Shown: positions 29,640 to 39,558, counted from the stretch's first letter. The stretch: DNA of 64,000 nt from Thermodesulfobacteriota bacterium (GCA_965215275.1 OZ244044.1:560855-624854), one strand, 5' to 3'. Notes: a model not told the origin generated them from the letters alone. Program-made: numbers and translations.

Positions 29640-30389
29640 TCAGAATACCATTTCCTCACCGTCCCGGGGAATTAACAGTCTGTCGGGGCTGATATTTTCC
29701 CTGTCGGCAAGTTTTCTCAGATCCGCTCTTGTTATCTTGTAGTGATCAAGGCTTTCCATGTGGACCGCCACGACCTTTGCCTCAGGTGCGAACTTACACG
29801 TGCTCACGGTCTGAAAACCGTCCATGACTATCGGTTCGGAATTACCCAGCCTTGCACCACTTGAATGAGTAATGATAACGTCGGGCTTATGCTCAAGAAT
29901 TACGCTTTCTACCCCGTCGTACCATATAGTATCACCAGCCCAGTAAACCGTTGGCTCATTTTCAGCTTTAAAGACAAAGCCCGATACCTTTCCCATTGAC
30001 TGTGCCCATACCCCTACCCCGTGCTGACCTGCGACCCTGGTTATTTCGATACCTTCCCATACGGATGAGCTCTCGACCGGACGCACGTTCGTAAAACCGG
30101 TGCTCCCGATCATCGGTTCATCGCCCGGCTGACAGAATATGGTCAGGTCCCTGGGCATGACCTCCTGGGCTTTTGGATCAAAATGATCTATATGAAGATG
30201 TGAAACGATGCAGAGTTCAACACCTGACAGTACCTCTTCGATCGGTACCGGCATATCCTCGAGTGGATTAGGGGACCGGCCGATAAAAGTTTCGTAAGCA
30301 TACTTTCCTGCAAGCATAGGGTCCGTTAAAACCGTCCTTCCAGCATACTCAATCTTCATCGTGGCATTTCTTATAAGTCGTAATTTCAT
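29640..30389 (-). CDS. MBL-fold metallo-hydrolase
   Basis: HLHIDHFD is the HxHxDH motif. The N-terminus MKLRLIRNATMKIEYAGRTVLTDP resembles the MBL start. The track ORF extends to 30425 (MQGPETEPGATE...) and would overlap the Fic gene. Confidence 0.7.
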   Translation of the reverse strand: MKLRLIRNATMKIEYAGRTVLTDPMLAGKYAYETFIGRSPNPLEDMPVPIEEVLSGVELCIVSHLHIDHFDPKAQEVMPRDLTIFCQPGDEPMIGSTGFTNVRPVESSSVWEGIEITRVAGQHGVGVWAQSMGKVSGFVFKAENEPTVYWAGDTIWYDGVESVILEHKPDVIITHSSGARLGNSEPIVMDGFQTVSTCKFAPEAKVVAVHMESLDHYKITRADLRKLADRENISPDRLLIPRDGEEMVF

Positions 30390-30411
30390 TTCGGTCGCTC
30401 CCGGTTCAGTT

Positions 30412-31002
30412 TCAGGACCTTGCAAATTTTATAAGCGGTTCAAAGTTAAATTTATCAGCTTCCTTCAATGCCTTGATATATACTTTCCTTATCTTGCCTT
30501 TCTGGATCAAACTGACTCCCCCACCCCAGGTGAACCTTTTCCGCTTAAGTACGTTCTCAAGAAGAATATCCGCCATCAGCCTTGAAGTCCTGCCGTTACC
30601 ATTACTGAAAGGATGGATAAAGACCAGGCGATGATGAAGTCTCGCGGCTATTTCATCCGGGGGATAGGTGTTACTTTCTATCCATATCTCCACGTCTCTG
30701 CACATATTCCTTACGGAAGAAGATATCTCCCACCATGATACCCCGATGTTCGTATCCTGTTTTCTGAAATAACCGGCGTTTTTCCATACCTGACCGAACA
30801 TCCTGCGATGCAGGTCCCTTATAAACTTTCCGCTCAGGATATTATCAGGTTTTACCTTTTTCAGCCAGATCAATGCCTCTTTAATGTTCTGATATTCCCA
30901 TCTGTTCAAATCTTCACGGTTAGTAACATGGATCAATAAAAGCTCTCTTGCCTCGTCCGGGTCGATCGGGGTTGATCCCATTGGGGCTTTATTTTTGCTC
31001 AT
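30412..31002 (-). CDS. Fic-family protein ('mobile mystery protein B')
   Basis: Fic motif HPFSNGNGRTSRL (HPFx[DE]GNGR). ~196 aa. Paired with the upstream HTH gene. Confidence 0.8.
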   Translation of the reverse strand: MSKNKAPMGSTPIDPDEARELLLIHVTNREDLNRWEYQNIKEALIWLKKVKPDNILSGKFIRDLHRRMFGQVWKNAGYFRKQDTNIGVSWWEISSSVRNMCRDVEIWIESNTYPPDEIAARLHHRLVFIHPFSNGNGRTSRLMADILLENVLKRKRFTWGGGVSLIQKGKIRKVYIKALKEADKFNFEPLIKFARS

Positions 31003-31005
31003 TGA

Positions 31006-31464
31006 CTAATCCCACAGGTCTCTGGGCATATCGTTCATTATGCCTTCCACGTCTTCTGAAAATAAATTTTTCAAATTCTTATCCTTTATTTTCTGCTTTT
31101 CAAGGACCATTGTCTGATCAACTATTTTCAGTCTTTCTCTTGCGACCTCTTCAGCTCTCTTTCTTACGGTGTCCTCCAGACTGGTCCGAGGAATAAGGCT
31201 ATAGACAAGAACACAGTCCAGACTTTCAGCAACCTTTCTGAGGGTTTTTATCGTTATGGAACCCACGACCTCATCCTGCTCAAGCCTGGCAACGCTCTGC
31301 TTGGACGTATTCAGCCTCCTGGCAAGCTGCCTTCCGCTCATTCCCAGCCCTTCCCTTATTGAACGTATCCAGCCAAGTGGAGGAGTTCTGAGCTTTTTCA
31401 GCAAAGCGAACCCGGACAAAGCCCCGTCTATCTGTTCTCTTACGATCTTTTTTTTCGTCTTCAT
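31006..31464 (-). CDS. XRE-type HTH regulator ('mobile mystery protein A'), probable antitoxin/regulator of the Fic protein
   Basis: HTH LGMSGRQLARRLNTSKQSVARLE. It sits 4 nt upstream of Fic in the same orientation. The ATG at 31464 is preferred; the track starts at TTG 31473. Confidence 0.65.
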   Translation of the reverse strand: MKTKKKIVREQIDGALSGFALLKKLRTPPLGWIRSIREGLGMSGRQLARRLNTSKQSVARLEQDEVVGSITIKTLRKVAESLDCVLVYSLIPRTSLEDTVRKRAEEVARERLKIVDQTMVLEKQKIKDKNLKNLFSEDVEGIMNDMPRDLWD

Positions 31465-31466
31465 AA

Positions 31467-31522
31467 TTGACAATATATATTATGACTTTTATTTTTATAT
31501 GACAATATATATATTGTCATAT
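31467..31522. promoter_or_regulatory. Operator/promoter with a perfect 20-bp palindrome TGACAATATATATATTGTCA (31500..31519) and a second TGACAATATATAT half-site overlapping the start codon
   Basis: Read directly. On the minus strand, TTGTCA then 17 nt then TAATAT gives a sigma70-like promoter embedded in the palindrome. Confidence 0.5.
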
Positions 31523-31692
31523 CTCCACGACCCTGTCAAGTTCCAATGTAAGTTATTTTACTACTTCTGGATCGTTAAAGTCAATTATCAGGAGTTCACA
31601 GGTGTTTCGAACGAACGTGGACGACCGAGCAGCAGCTCAGGCAAAACGGACCGAGAACTTCCAGGGTTACAGTATTTACGGACCTGTAGGGT

Positions 31693-32595
31693 TCAATCAG
31701 CTGCCTTTGACAGCAGGGATTCTGCCAGACGCTTACCCATATCTTCGGCTTCCTGCCTGCTGCCATCTGACCTTTCAGTTACAAGATCCCTGCCAAGTTC
31801 ATCAGATACAAACCCTACTGCGCTCATGCCTTCCCCTGACGCTCTGGCATAGCAACCGGCGGGAACGTTGCAGTCACCTTCCAGGTGCTTCAGGAAAGAC
31901 CTTTCAAGTAAGGTCTCGTACAGCGTCTCCGGATGGTTTATATCATCCAGTATATCGCTGATATACTTATCGTCTTCTCTGGATTCCATGGCGATAGTTC
32001 CCTGACCCGGTGCAGGGATGAAAACGTTTGGGTCCAGGACCTGAGAGATCTTATGCTGAAGGTCCATCCTGTTCAGTCCGGCTCTGGCAAGGATCACGGC
32101 GTCAAGGTCCTCAAGGTACAGCTTTTTAACCCTTGTATCCACGTTCCCTCTGATAGGAACGACTTCAAGGTGTGGATAATAGTGCAGTATTTGTGCCTTT
32201 CTTCTAACGCTTCCGGTCCCGACCCTGGAACCGGGGATCAGATCATCAAGGTGACGGTTTTTTTTTGAAACGACCGCGTCCTCGGGATGATCCCTTTCAG
32301 AGACCGCTCCGATCTTAAGCCCGTCAGGAAGTTCCGATGGAAGGTCCTTTAAACTGTGCACGGCAACATCGACCTCTTCGTTCAGGAGCGATACTTCGAT
32401 CTCCCTGACAAAAGCACCCTTACCTCCTATATCAGAAAGAGAAGACGCGGACATCCTGTCTCCGCGGGTTTTTATAATGGATATCTGAACATCGGTATCA
32501 GGGAGACGCTCCAGCAGTGCGGACCTTACAGAACCGGCCTGCCAAAGTGCCAGTTTACTTCCCCTGGTTCCAACTATTAACGTTCTCCTCGTCAC
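31693..32595 (-). CDS. hemC: Hydroxymethylbilane synthase (porphobilinogen deaminase)
   Basis: LIVGTRGSKLALWQA... conserved HemC blocks. The N-terminal 58 aa of the track ORF (start 32769) lie inside hemA and are not HemC-like. GTG at 32595 (VTRRTLIVGTRGS) with GGAG 10 nt upstream gives a 300-aa product and a 41-nt overlap with the hemA 3' end. Confidence 0.8.
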   Translation of the reverse strand: MTRRTLIVGTRGSKLALWQAGSVRSALLERLPDTDVQISIIKTRGDRMSASSLSDIGGKGAFVREIEVSLLNEEVDVAVHSLKDLPSELPDGLKIGAVSERDHPEDAVVSKKNRHLDDLIPGSRVGTGSVRRKAQILHYYPHLEVVPIRGNVDTRVKKLYLEDLDAVILARAGLNRMDLQHKISQVLDPNVFIPAPGQGTIAMESREDDKYISDILDDINHPETLYETLLERSFLKHLEGDCNVPAGCYARASGEGMSAVGFVSDELGRDLVTERSDGSRQEAEDMGKRLAESLLSKAAD

Positions 32596-33886
32596 TTTGC
32601 GGGATCTCCAGCTTTTCACCCAGACCGTAAAGCCTCTGGATAGTTTCAGAATAAAGCATTCCGACCGAGGTCGAGGATTCTCTTTTAAGTCCTGAAATCG
32701 GTCCGTGAAGCACCTTGGCAATGATCCTGTCAGCCAAATTATCAATAACCTTCTTCTGTTCCTGCTCAAGATGACCGAGCTTGCCGTACGCCCGTTCGAG
32801 TTCCCCGGTCTTTATATCTTCCATCTTGTCCTTCAGTTTTATTATCGTTGGAACTCCCTTTAAACCGTTGATCCAGTTTATAAACCTTGAAGTGTGTTCC
32901 TCCACGATCCTCTCGGCCTCTGCCGCACTTTCTTCTCTCTTGTTGATATTCTGGTCCAGTACGCTCTGAAGGTCGTCAATATCATAGAGATATACACCTG
33001 AAATATCGTTCACCCTTGGGTCAATGTTCCTCGGTACCGCAAGGTCAACAAAGAACATCAGTTCGTTCCTTCTGAGCCTGAGCGCCTGCAGGACGTGCTC
33101 GGACTTAAAGATAAAATCACTGGAACCGGTCGCGGTAACCACTATATCGACGTCAGTGAGCTTATAATATATATCTTCAAATCTGACCGGCGTGCCGTGA
33201 AGCCGGCGTGCGAGAATTTCCGCGTTCTCATGGTTCCTGCTGGCTATGTACAGGTCCTTTATTCCAGATCTTATCAGATTTCTTGCAGTCAGTTCAGCTA
33301 TCTCTCCGGTACCTATGAGCAGCACGCTCCTGTTGTCAAGGTCGTCAAATATCCTCTTTGACAGCTTAACCGCAAGATAACCAACTGATACCGACAGGGA
33401 ACCTATGTTCGTGTCGGAACGAACTCGCTTGGCCACGGAAAAGGCGTATTGAAAAAGTCTGTGAAGTATTATCCCCGCTGCTCCGCTCTGAAGGGAACCG
33501 TTGTACGATTCTTTGACCTGACCGAGTATCTGTGGCTCACCTATCAGCATGGAATCAAGGCTGCAGGATACTCTGAGCAGATGCCTTACGGCCTGAGCGT
33601 TGGAGTAGCTGTAAAAATTATCGTCTATGATCTTTCTGTTCAGGCCATTTTCAGAAATAAAATATTCCTGTACGTCGTCTATAAACGAGTCGTGATCATC
33701 AGTAACGGCGTATATCTCAGTACGGTTGCACGTCGATATTATGACACACTCGTTTATGCTTTTCCTTTCCCTGAACTTTGTAACGGGATCAGCCGAACTG
33801 ACGCCCAGTGCGATCTGTTCCCTTATGTGCACCGGAGCGGTTTTGTGGCTAATTCCATATACTATTAATTGATACATAGCTGTCAA
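32555..33886 (-). CDS. hemA: Glutamyl-tRNA reductase
   Basis: GISHKTAPV..REQ..., Cys active-site region IISTCNRTEIY and NADPH motif LLIGTGEIAELTARNL. Confidence 0.9.
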   Translation of the reverse strand: MTAMYQLIVYGISHKTAPVHIREQIALGVSSADPVTKFRERKSINECVIISTCNRTEIYAVTDDHDSFIDDVQEYFISENGLNRKIIDDNFYSYSNAQAVRHLLRVSCSLDSMLIGEPQILGQVKESYNGSLQSGAAGIILHRLFQYAFSVAKRVRSDTNIGSLSVSVGYLAVKLSKRIFDDLDNRSVLLIGTGEIAELTARNLIRSGIKDLYIASRNHENAEILARRLHGTPVRFEDIYYKLTDVDIVVTATGSSDFIFKSEHVLQALRLRRNELMFFVDLAVPRNIDPRVNDISGVYLYDIDDLQSVLDQNINKREESAAEAERIVEEHTSRFINWINGLKGVPTIIKLKDKMEDIKTGELERAYGKLGHLEQEQKKVIDNLADRIIAKVLHGPISGLKRESSTSVGMLYSETIQRLYGLGEKLEIPQSDEENVNSWNQGK

Positions 33887-33905
33887 ACCTGCATAAGAAC
33901 GGTCA

Positions 33906-34475
33906 TTACTTGAACCTGTGTTCGCTCTTGTGACTGATCAGGCTCAGAAGTTCCATCCTTGTTCTCTCGTCCTTTCTGAACGAACCGAGCATGGAGCTTG
34001 TGAGCATGTTGGCATCTGATTTCATTATTCCTCTCATCGCCATACACAGATGAAAACCGTTAACAACTACAGCAACGCCCTTTGGATCTAACGCATCGTT
34101 CAGAAAATTCGCTATCTGCACCGTCATGTTCTCCTGCACCTGAAGCCTTTTGGCGTAAATATCCACAATTCTTGGTATTTTGCTGAGCCCTATTACCTTT
34201 CCATTCGGAACATACGCAACGTGACACTTGCCGAAAAAAGGAAGTATATGATGCTCGCAAAGACTGTAAAACTCAATATCCTTTACAATGATCATCTCGT
34301 CATAATCAATATCATATATAGCTTCGTTTATGGTATCTTTCGGACATTCCTTATAGCCACGGGTAAGTTCTCCGTACAGTCTTGCAACCCTTTCAGGAGT
34401 GCCTTTCAGTCCTTCCCTGTCAGGATCTTCCCCTATTGATCCCAGGATCTCCCTAACGGCATTTTCCACGCTCAT
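33906..34475 (-). CDS. folE: GTP cyclohydrolase I
   Basis: [13 protein letters not shown]...[20 protein letters not shown]... Confidence 0.9.
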   Translation of the reverse strand: MSVENAVREILGSIGEDPDREGLKGTPERVARLYGELTRGYKECPKDTINEAIYDIDYDEMIIVKDIEFYSLCEHHILPFFGKCHVAYVPNGKVIGLSKIPRIVDIYAKRLQVQENMTVQIANFLNDALDPKGVAVVVNGFHLCMAMRGIMKSDANMLTSSMLGSFRKDERTRMELLSLISHKSEHRFK

Positions 34476-34891
34476 CTGATCTCCTCCTTGTAATACTCAA
34501 AACAGCTTCTGTCATTTTCCCATACTTTCACGTACTTAAGTGCACCATTGAACCTGCCGGACAGACAATTCCAGATATAAACCGCGATATTCTCCACCGT
34601 GGACTGGTTCTTCCGAAAGTACTCGACCTCCTGGTCTATCCTTCTGTGATCAAGGCTGTTCTTTATCTCGTTAACGCCGTCCTCGATCGCCGGTCTTTCC
34701 ATTATCATACCCGTGCTTTCCGATATGTCCGATGAAACCCTGAACTCGACCTTATAATCATGTCCATGACCCTGCGGATTTGCACATTTATCAAAGATCT
34801 TAAGATTTTCCTCCTCGCCCATACCTTCCACAAAGAGCCTGTGTCCCGCGGAAAAATCAAAGACCCTGGTAAGAAAGACCTTTTCCATCAC
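34472..34891 (-). CDS. queD: 6-carboxytetrahydropterin synthase QueD / PTPS
   Basis: [15 protein letters not shown] (Cys + HGH). 139 aa. Confidence 0.7.
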   Translation of the reverse strand: MMEKVFLTRVFDFSAGHRLFVEGMGEEENLKIFDKCANPQGHGHDYKVEFRVSSDISESTGMIMERPAIEDGVNEIKNSLDHRRIDQEVEYFRKNQSTVENIAVYIWNCLSGRFNGALKYVKVWENDRSCFEYYKEEIR

Positions 34892-35316
34892 TCCTTCCAG
34901 TAATCAACGTAGAGATCATCCGTCTCATAAAGTCTGACCTTAAAAAGCCTGCAGTCGGCACCCCTTTGGCTCAGCTCATCCTCAATATCGCTCCACAACG
35001 TCCTGGCAATGTTCTCAGGCGTTGGTATAAGGGTCCTGAACGCTTCAACGTCCTCGTTTAAAAATTTATGGTCGTACTTTTCCAGAACGGTATTCAATAT
35101 GGATTTCAGGTCAAAGATGTTTATAACCATTCCCGTCTGTTCATCGATCTCTCCGGTAACCGTTGCCTCGACCTTGAAATTATGACCATGTCCCAAGGGA
35201 AAGGTGCTCTTGCCAAATATCTTTTTATTGGTGTCCTCGTCCCAGCTGGTGTTCCAGTACCTGTGAGAAGCTGAGAACTCAGCTTTTTGCGTTATCAGAT
35301 TTTTATGCACCGTCAT
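34888..35316 (-). CDS. PTPS/QueD-family paralog lacking the catalytic Cys
   Basis: FGKSTFPLGHGHNFKVEATV (Ser in place of Cys). Its start overlaps the queD stop. Confidence 0.65.
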   Translation of the reverse strand: MTVHKNLITQKAEFSASHRYWNTSWDEDTNKKIFGKSTFPLGHGHNFKVEATVTGEIDEQTGMVINIFDLKSILNTVLEKYDHKFLNEDVEAFRTLIPTPENIARTLWSDIEDELSQRGADCRLFKVRLYETDDLYVDYWKE

Positions 35317-36902
35317 TTAAGTTTAACCGATCTCAATATATTTTCTTCCAGGTCGGTCGCTTCCCGTGCTGCACTGGCCCTGTCCGCCAAAAGCTTATTG
35401 AAGGCAGGTCCTATCCTGTCAAGCGTAGGCTCTATCTTATCAAGAAAAGGTTTTGGATAAACGCCCATTATTATGATCATCACGGCTATCGGGAGCATGG
35501 ACACGGATTCCCTTACGTTCATATCCGAGAGTCCCCTGTTCTGTCCTTTATCCAGTGGACCGAACATGACCCTCTGATAAGCCCAGAGCATATACACTGC
35601 CCCCAGCACGAGCCCGGTCGCTCCAAAGGCCGCAAGGACGTAACTTTCCTTGAATACTCCAAGCAGGATCAGAAACTCTCCAATAAAACCATTAAGGAGA
35701 GGCAGTCCTATGGAGGCAAGCATCGCGAGCATAAAAAACGCCGCAAACACCGGCATTACCTTCGCAATACCGCCAAAATCCACGATCTTTTTAGTATGGC
35801 GACGATCGTATAACATCCCGACCAGCAAGAACAACGCACCGGTCGAAAGTCCGTGAGACACCATATGATAGACAGCTCCTTCCACTCCCTGTAAGTTCAA
35901 GACGAATATACCGAGCATGATCAATCCGAGATGACTCACGCTTGAATAGGCAACCAGTTTTTTCAAGTCTTTCTGTGCAAAAGCGACCATAGCAGCATAG
36001 ATCACACCTATGATGGCAATTATGGATAAAATGGGGACGTAAGCGATCGTTGCCTCAGGAAAGAAAGGTATCAGAAACCTTAAAAAACCATACACTCCCA
36101 TTTTAAGCAGAACACTTGCAAGGATCACGCTCCCGGCCGTTGGAGCTTCAACGTGTGCATCGGGAAGCCACGTGTGGAACGGGAACATCGGCACTTTGAT
36201 CGCAAACGCGAGAAAAAAGGCAAAAAAGCAAAGGCCTTGAGGACTTAAGAACCCTGAGAACGGCAGCGTTACGTTGTACAGGTCGTATATGTTCATTGAA
36301 GCAAAACCCATCTGCCCTTTATGTGCGAAGTAAAGATAGAGGATCGCAACAAGCATCAGACCGCTTCCCAGTGCCGTGTAAATAAAAAACTTTATCGCCG
36401 CGTAAATCCTTCTCTCTGTACCCCATATACCTATAATGAAGTACATCGGTATAAGCACCGCTTCCCAGAATACAAAGAAAAGTATCAGATCGAGTGCCGC
36501 AAAGGTTCCGATCAAAGCAGTTTCCAGAAGGAGGATAAGGCTCAGCATTTCCCCCAGTCCTTTCTGAATGGAGTTCCATGTACACAAAAGCGTAACAGGG
36601 ACTATGAAGGTCGTAAGGAGTACCAGAAGAAGACTTATGCCATCCAGACCCACGTGATAACTGATCCCCAGATCGGTCAGCCACTCCACTTTCTGTTCAA
36701 ACTGGATACCACCAAATGAACTTTTAAAATTGATGAATAAAGGAATTGAGATCAAAAACTCGATCGCGGAAACGGCAAACGCTCCAATTTTTATGTATTG
36801 CTCCGACTTTTTGAACAACAGAGAGCAAAACAGAATAAAAACGATCCCGATCAAAGGGAAAAAGATCAGCAGGCTAAGATTTACCGGAAAAAATGCGTCC
36901 AA
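35313..36902 (-). CDS. nuoM: Complex I NuoM/ND4-family proton-pumping antiporter-like subunit (529 aa, ~14 TM)
   Basis: Polytopic membrane protein with the conserved NuoM/MnhD-type core (...WLPDAHVEAPTAGSVILASVLLKMGVYGFLRF...). No other nuo genes are adjacent in the window. Confidence 0.65.
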   Translation of the reverse strand: MDAFFPVNLSLLIFFPLIGIVFILFCSLLFKKSEQYIKIGAFAVSAIEFLISIPLFINFKSSFGGIQFEQKVEWLTDLGISYHVGLDGISLLLVLLTTFIVPVTLLCTWNSIQKGLGEMLSLILLLETALIGTFAALDLILFFVFWEAVLIPMYFIIGIWGTERRIYAAIKFFIYTALGSGLMLVAILYLYFAHKGQMGFASMNIYDLYNVTLPFSGFLSPQGLCFFAFFLAFAIKVPMFPFHTWLPDAHVEAPTAGSVILASVLLKMGVYGFLRFLIPFFPEATIAYVPILSIIAIIGVIYAAMVAFAQKDLKKLVAYSSVSHLGLIMLGIFVLNLQGVEGAVYHMVSHGLSTGALFLLVGMLYDRRHTKKIVDFGGIAKVMPVFAAFFMLAMLASIGLPLLNGFIGEFLILLGVFKESYVLAAFGATGLVLGAVYMLWAYQRVMFGPLDKGQNRGLSDMNVRESVSMLPIAVMIIIMGVYPKPFLDKIEPTLDRIGPAFNKLLADRASAAREATDLEENILRSVKLK

Positions 36903-36950
36903 ATTTTGGTCCTCTTGGGTTAATGTGCGAAAAAACAGTTCAATTATACT

Positions 36951-37565
36951 TTATAGGCTGGTTTTCTCAAAACCCAAAATTACAGGTTCATATATTTCTT
37001 CTGTGAACTCAAATAGCAGGTTGGCAAGTTCATTAGCAAACTCACTCCTGTTGTGAGGTAATATCCGTTTAAGGGTTTCCATCTGTTCAAGGGTTCCCCT
37101 TGTTTGAAAATCATAGCCTGTATTTTCACAGACGGCGAGATACCACTTGTTATCAGTTATTTCTCTGTCGTCTTCAAGGTTTTTTCTAATATTTTTAATT
37201 TCTTCAGTATACTGCCTTATTTTCTCTTCAAACCTTTCCTTCTTTCTTTCATTAATCCACAGCCCATAGCAAAGATTATACCCTTCGCTGCCAGATAGCC
37301 TCTCAAAAATTACTCTAATATCACCATCTGCAAAGCAAAATCCCAACTTAGACCATTTGTTCTTAGTATAGTCTTTTTCTATCTTCCATCCTTTTTTCCC
37401 TTCTTCCACTTTTCTTTTTAATTCTCCCTTTACCTCTTCCCAGAATTCCTCTACCAACCGATCTTTAATTTTTGGAAAATTCTCTGAAATCTCACAAGCC
37501 GCAGAAAAGTTCTCCTCTGTTTCGGTTAAAAATTCAAAAACCTTTTCGTCATACTTGCTCGTCAT
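36951..37565 (-). CDS. Hypothetical protein, copy 1 of a tandemly duplicated gene (low GC)
   Basis: 204 aa MTSKYDEKVFEFLTETEENFSAACEISENFPKIK... It is about 60% identical to 38211..38789. Acidic, no recognisable catalytic motif. Confidence 0.5.
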   Translation of the reverse strand: MTSKYDEKVFEFLTETEENFSAACEISENFPKIKDRLVEEFWEEVKGELKRKVEEGKKGWKIEKDYTKNKWSKLGFCFADGDIRVIFERLSGSEGYNLCYGLWINERKKERFEEKIRQYTEEIKNIRKNLEDDREITDNKWYLAVCENTGYDFQTRGTLEQMETLKRILPHNRSEFANELANLLFEFTEEIYEPVILGFEKTSL

Positions 37566-38215
37566 TTCATTCTCCTTACTTTCATAAAAACTATAAACTA
37601 ATTATCACTTCTATATATGTTTTCAGTAAATATTTAACCTTGGATGCCCCAATCTTTCTTACATTCTCTCAGCCAATCTTTAATATATTTTTACAGCTAA
37701 TACTACATAAAACATTGTTGTCCTTTAGATACTCTCTTTTTCCTTACACATTGAAGTATTTGAAGCATCCTTGCTTCCAACCGTCAGGAAATTTATAGTT
37801 TAGCTCTAATTGATCTGATTGATCATAAGCATGTATTTTATTCTCTATCACGATAACAAATCTCTTTTGGGATTAATCAAGTGCTGCGAAGGTACTTATA
37901 AAGGCAATCTCCAGAAGAATAATCTTTAACACTTCCCCAAGCCTTTCTGAATGGAATTCCAGGTACACAAAAGCGTAACAGGAACTATAAAAGTCGTAAG
38001 GAGTACCAAAAAATTTATCCCTTATAAAACCAAATAATAACTGATTCCCAAATTAGTCAATCAATCTACTTTTTTTCAAACAACAGAGAGTAAAACAGAA
38101 TGAAAACGACCCCGATCAAGGGAAAAATCAGCAGACTAAGGTTTCCCGAAAAAATGCGTCCAAATTTTGGTCCTCTTTGGGTTGATATGAAAAAACGGTG
38201 CAATTATATTTCACG
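37566..38215. repeat. Decayed duplicate segment: 37566..37880 is a partial copy of 38790..39150 (3' end of the nuclease-family gene), and 37920..38215 is a degenerate copy of the nuoM 5' end/leader (36560..36950)
   Basis: Direct alignment by eye, for example cctttctgaatgga(a/g)ttcca(g/t)gtacacaaaagcgtaacagg and ttcattctccttactttcataaaaactataaactaat, shared between the two loci. Confidence 0.6.
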
Positions 38216-38789
38216 AGTTAGTTTTATCAGGACCTGTAATCCCCCGAATTATAGGTTCTTCTATCTCTTCTGTGAACTCAAATAGCAGGTTAGCAAGTTC
38301 ACTAGCAAATTCACTCCTGTTGTGAGGTAAGATCCGTCTAAGGGTTTCCCTTGTTTTAAAATCATAGCCTGTATCTTTATAGGCAAGCCGCCAATCGTTA
38401 CTAATCATTTCTTTGTCGTCTTTAAGTTTTTTAATCTCTGAATCGTACAGTTCTATTTTTTCTTTAAACTCTTCCTTGTTGTCGTAATTTCTCCACAGCC
38501 CATAATAGTTGCTTTTTTCACTTGATAGCCCCCCGAAAATTACTCTAATGTCACCACCTGCAAACCAAAATCCCAGATTAGCATTTTTGTTCATAGTATC
38601 GCCTTCTTTTTTTATATCCCATCCTTTTTCATTTTTTCTTTCTAATTCTCCCTTTACCTCTTCCCAGAACTCTTTTATAAATCGTTCTTTAATTTTTGGA
38701 AAGTTCTCTGAAATCTCACAAGCCGCAGAAAAGTTCTCCTCTGTTTCGGTTAAAAATTCAAAAATTTTTTCGTCATATTTGCTCGTCAT
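38211..38789 (-). CDS. Hypothetical protein, copy 2 of the duplicated gene
   Basis: 192 aa paralog of 36951..37565, with the same N-terminus MTSKYDEKIFEFLTETEENFSAACEISENFPKIKE and C-terminus RILPHNRSEFA(S/N)ELANLLFEFTEEI. Confidence 0.5.
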   Translation of the reverse strand: MTSKYDEKIFEFLTETEENFSAACEISENFPKIKERFIKEFWEEVKGELERKNEKGWDIKKEGDTMNKNANLGFWFAGGDIRVIFGGLSSEKSNYYGLWRNYDNKEEFKEKIELYDSEIKKLKDDKEMISNDWRLAYKDTGYDFKTRETLRRILPHNRSEFASELANLLFEFTEEIEEPIIRGITGPDKTNS

Positions 38790-38814
38790 TTCATTCTCCT
38801 TACTTTCATAAAAA

Positions 38815-39558
38815 CTATAAACTAATGATTACTTCTATATATGCTTTCAGTAAATATTTAACCTTGGATGCCTCAACATCTTTCATACATTCTTCCAGCC
38901 AAGTTTTAATATCGTTTTTATAACTAATATCACGTAATACATCTTTACCCTTTAGTTCATTTTCTAATTCCTGCTTGATTGTATAATCTGAAGCATCTTT
39001 TCCTTGAACCGTCAGATAAAATAATGCCATTTGTTCATCTTTATACCTTTTGCTTAGAAATTCATGGTATCGCTTTAATTGATCTTCTTGATCAGAGGCA
39101 TATATTTTATTCTCTATCACGATACCAAATCTCTTTTGGGGATCATTGGAATGAACGTACAGGTCTAATCTGCCCCATCCCGTGTGATACTCTTTACCGA
39201 CTATATAGCCGCTTTCCTTTTCAAGTTTAAAATGTTCCCTTTTTTCTTCCGAAATAAACCTGTCAATGAAGGACCGTAAGAATAAACCACCTTGTCCATG
39301 CGTGCCGTCCGGCTGTAACAGGTCTTTCAAAAATAGGGTATGTGTTTTTTCAGAAGTACTGACATCTATGATCTTAAAAATATTGTAATCAAATGCCTCT
39401 TTTTTATTGCACTCCGCAAACTTAGACCTAAAAGTATTATAATGTCCCAGCAGTGCCTGGAAATTCTGCTTAAACTCATCCACCCTTTCATCTGCAGTTT
39501 CTTCGGAAAACCGTCTGTAACGGTCTAAAAAGGATGATATTCGTTCTGTTTCATTCAT
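38815..39558 (-). CDS. PD-(D/E)xK nuclease-family protein
   Basis: GWGRLDLYVHSNDPQKRFGIVIENKIYASDQEDQLKRY gives a D...E-x-K catalytic triad arrangement. Low GC. It is adjacent to tRNA-fMet. Confidence 0.45.
   Translation of the reverse strand: MNETERISSFLDRYRRFSEETADERVDEFKQNFQALLGHYNTFRSKFAECNKKEAFDYNIFKIIDVSTSEKTHTLFLKDLLQPDGTHGQGGLFLRSFIDRFISEEKREHFKLEKESGYIVGKEYHTGWGRLDLYVHSNDPQKRFGIVIENKIYASDQEDQLKRYHEFLSKRYKDEQMALFYLTVQGKDASDYTIKQELENELKGKDVLRDISYKNDIKTWLEECMKDVEASKVKYLLKAYIEVIISL

Noticed and set aside
31256-31961. Plus-strand ORFs 31256..31852 (198 aa) and 31602..31961
   Set aside because: They span the palindromic operator and AT-rich spacer and run antisense into hemC. The translations are low-complexity.
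32596-32769. N-terminal 58 codons of the track's hemC ORF
   Set aside because: This region lies within the hemA coding sequence in another frame and is not HemC-like. The GTG at 32595 gives a canonical 300-aa HemC.
36319-36719. ORFs 36319..36684(-) and 36321..36719(+)
   Set aside because: Both fall inside the nuoM-like gene in other frames.
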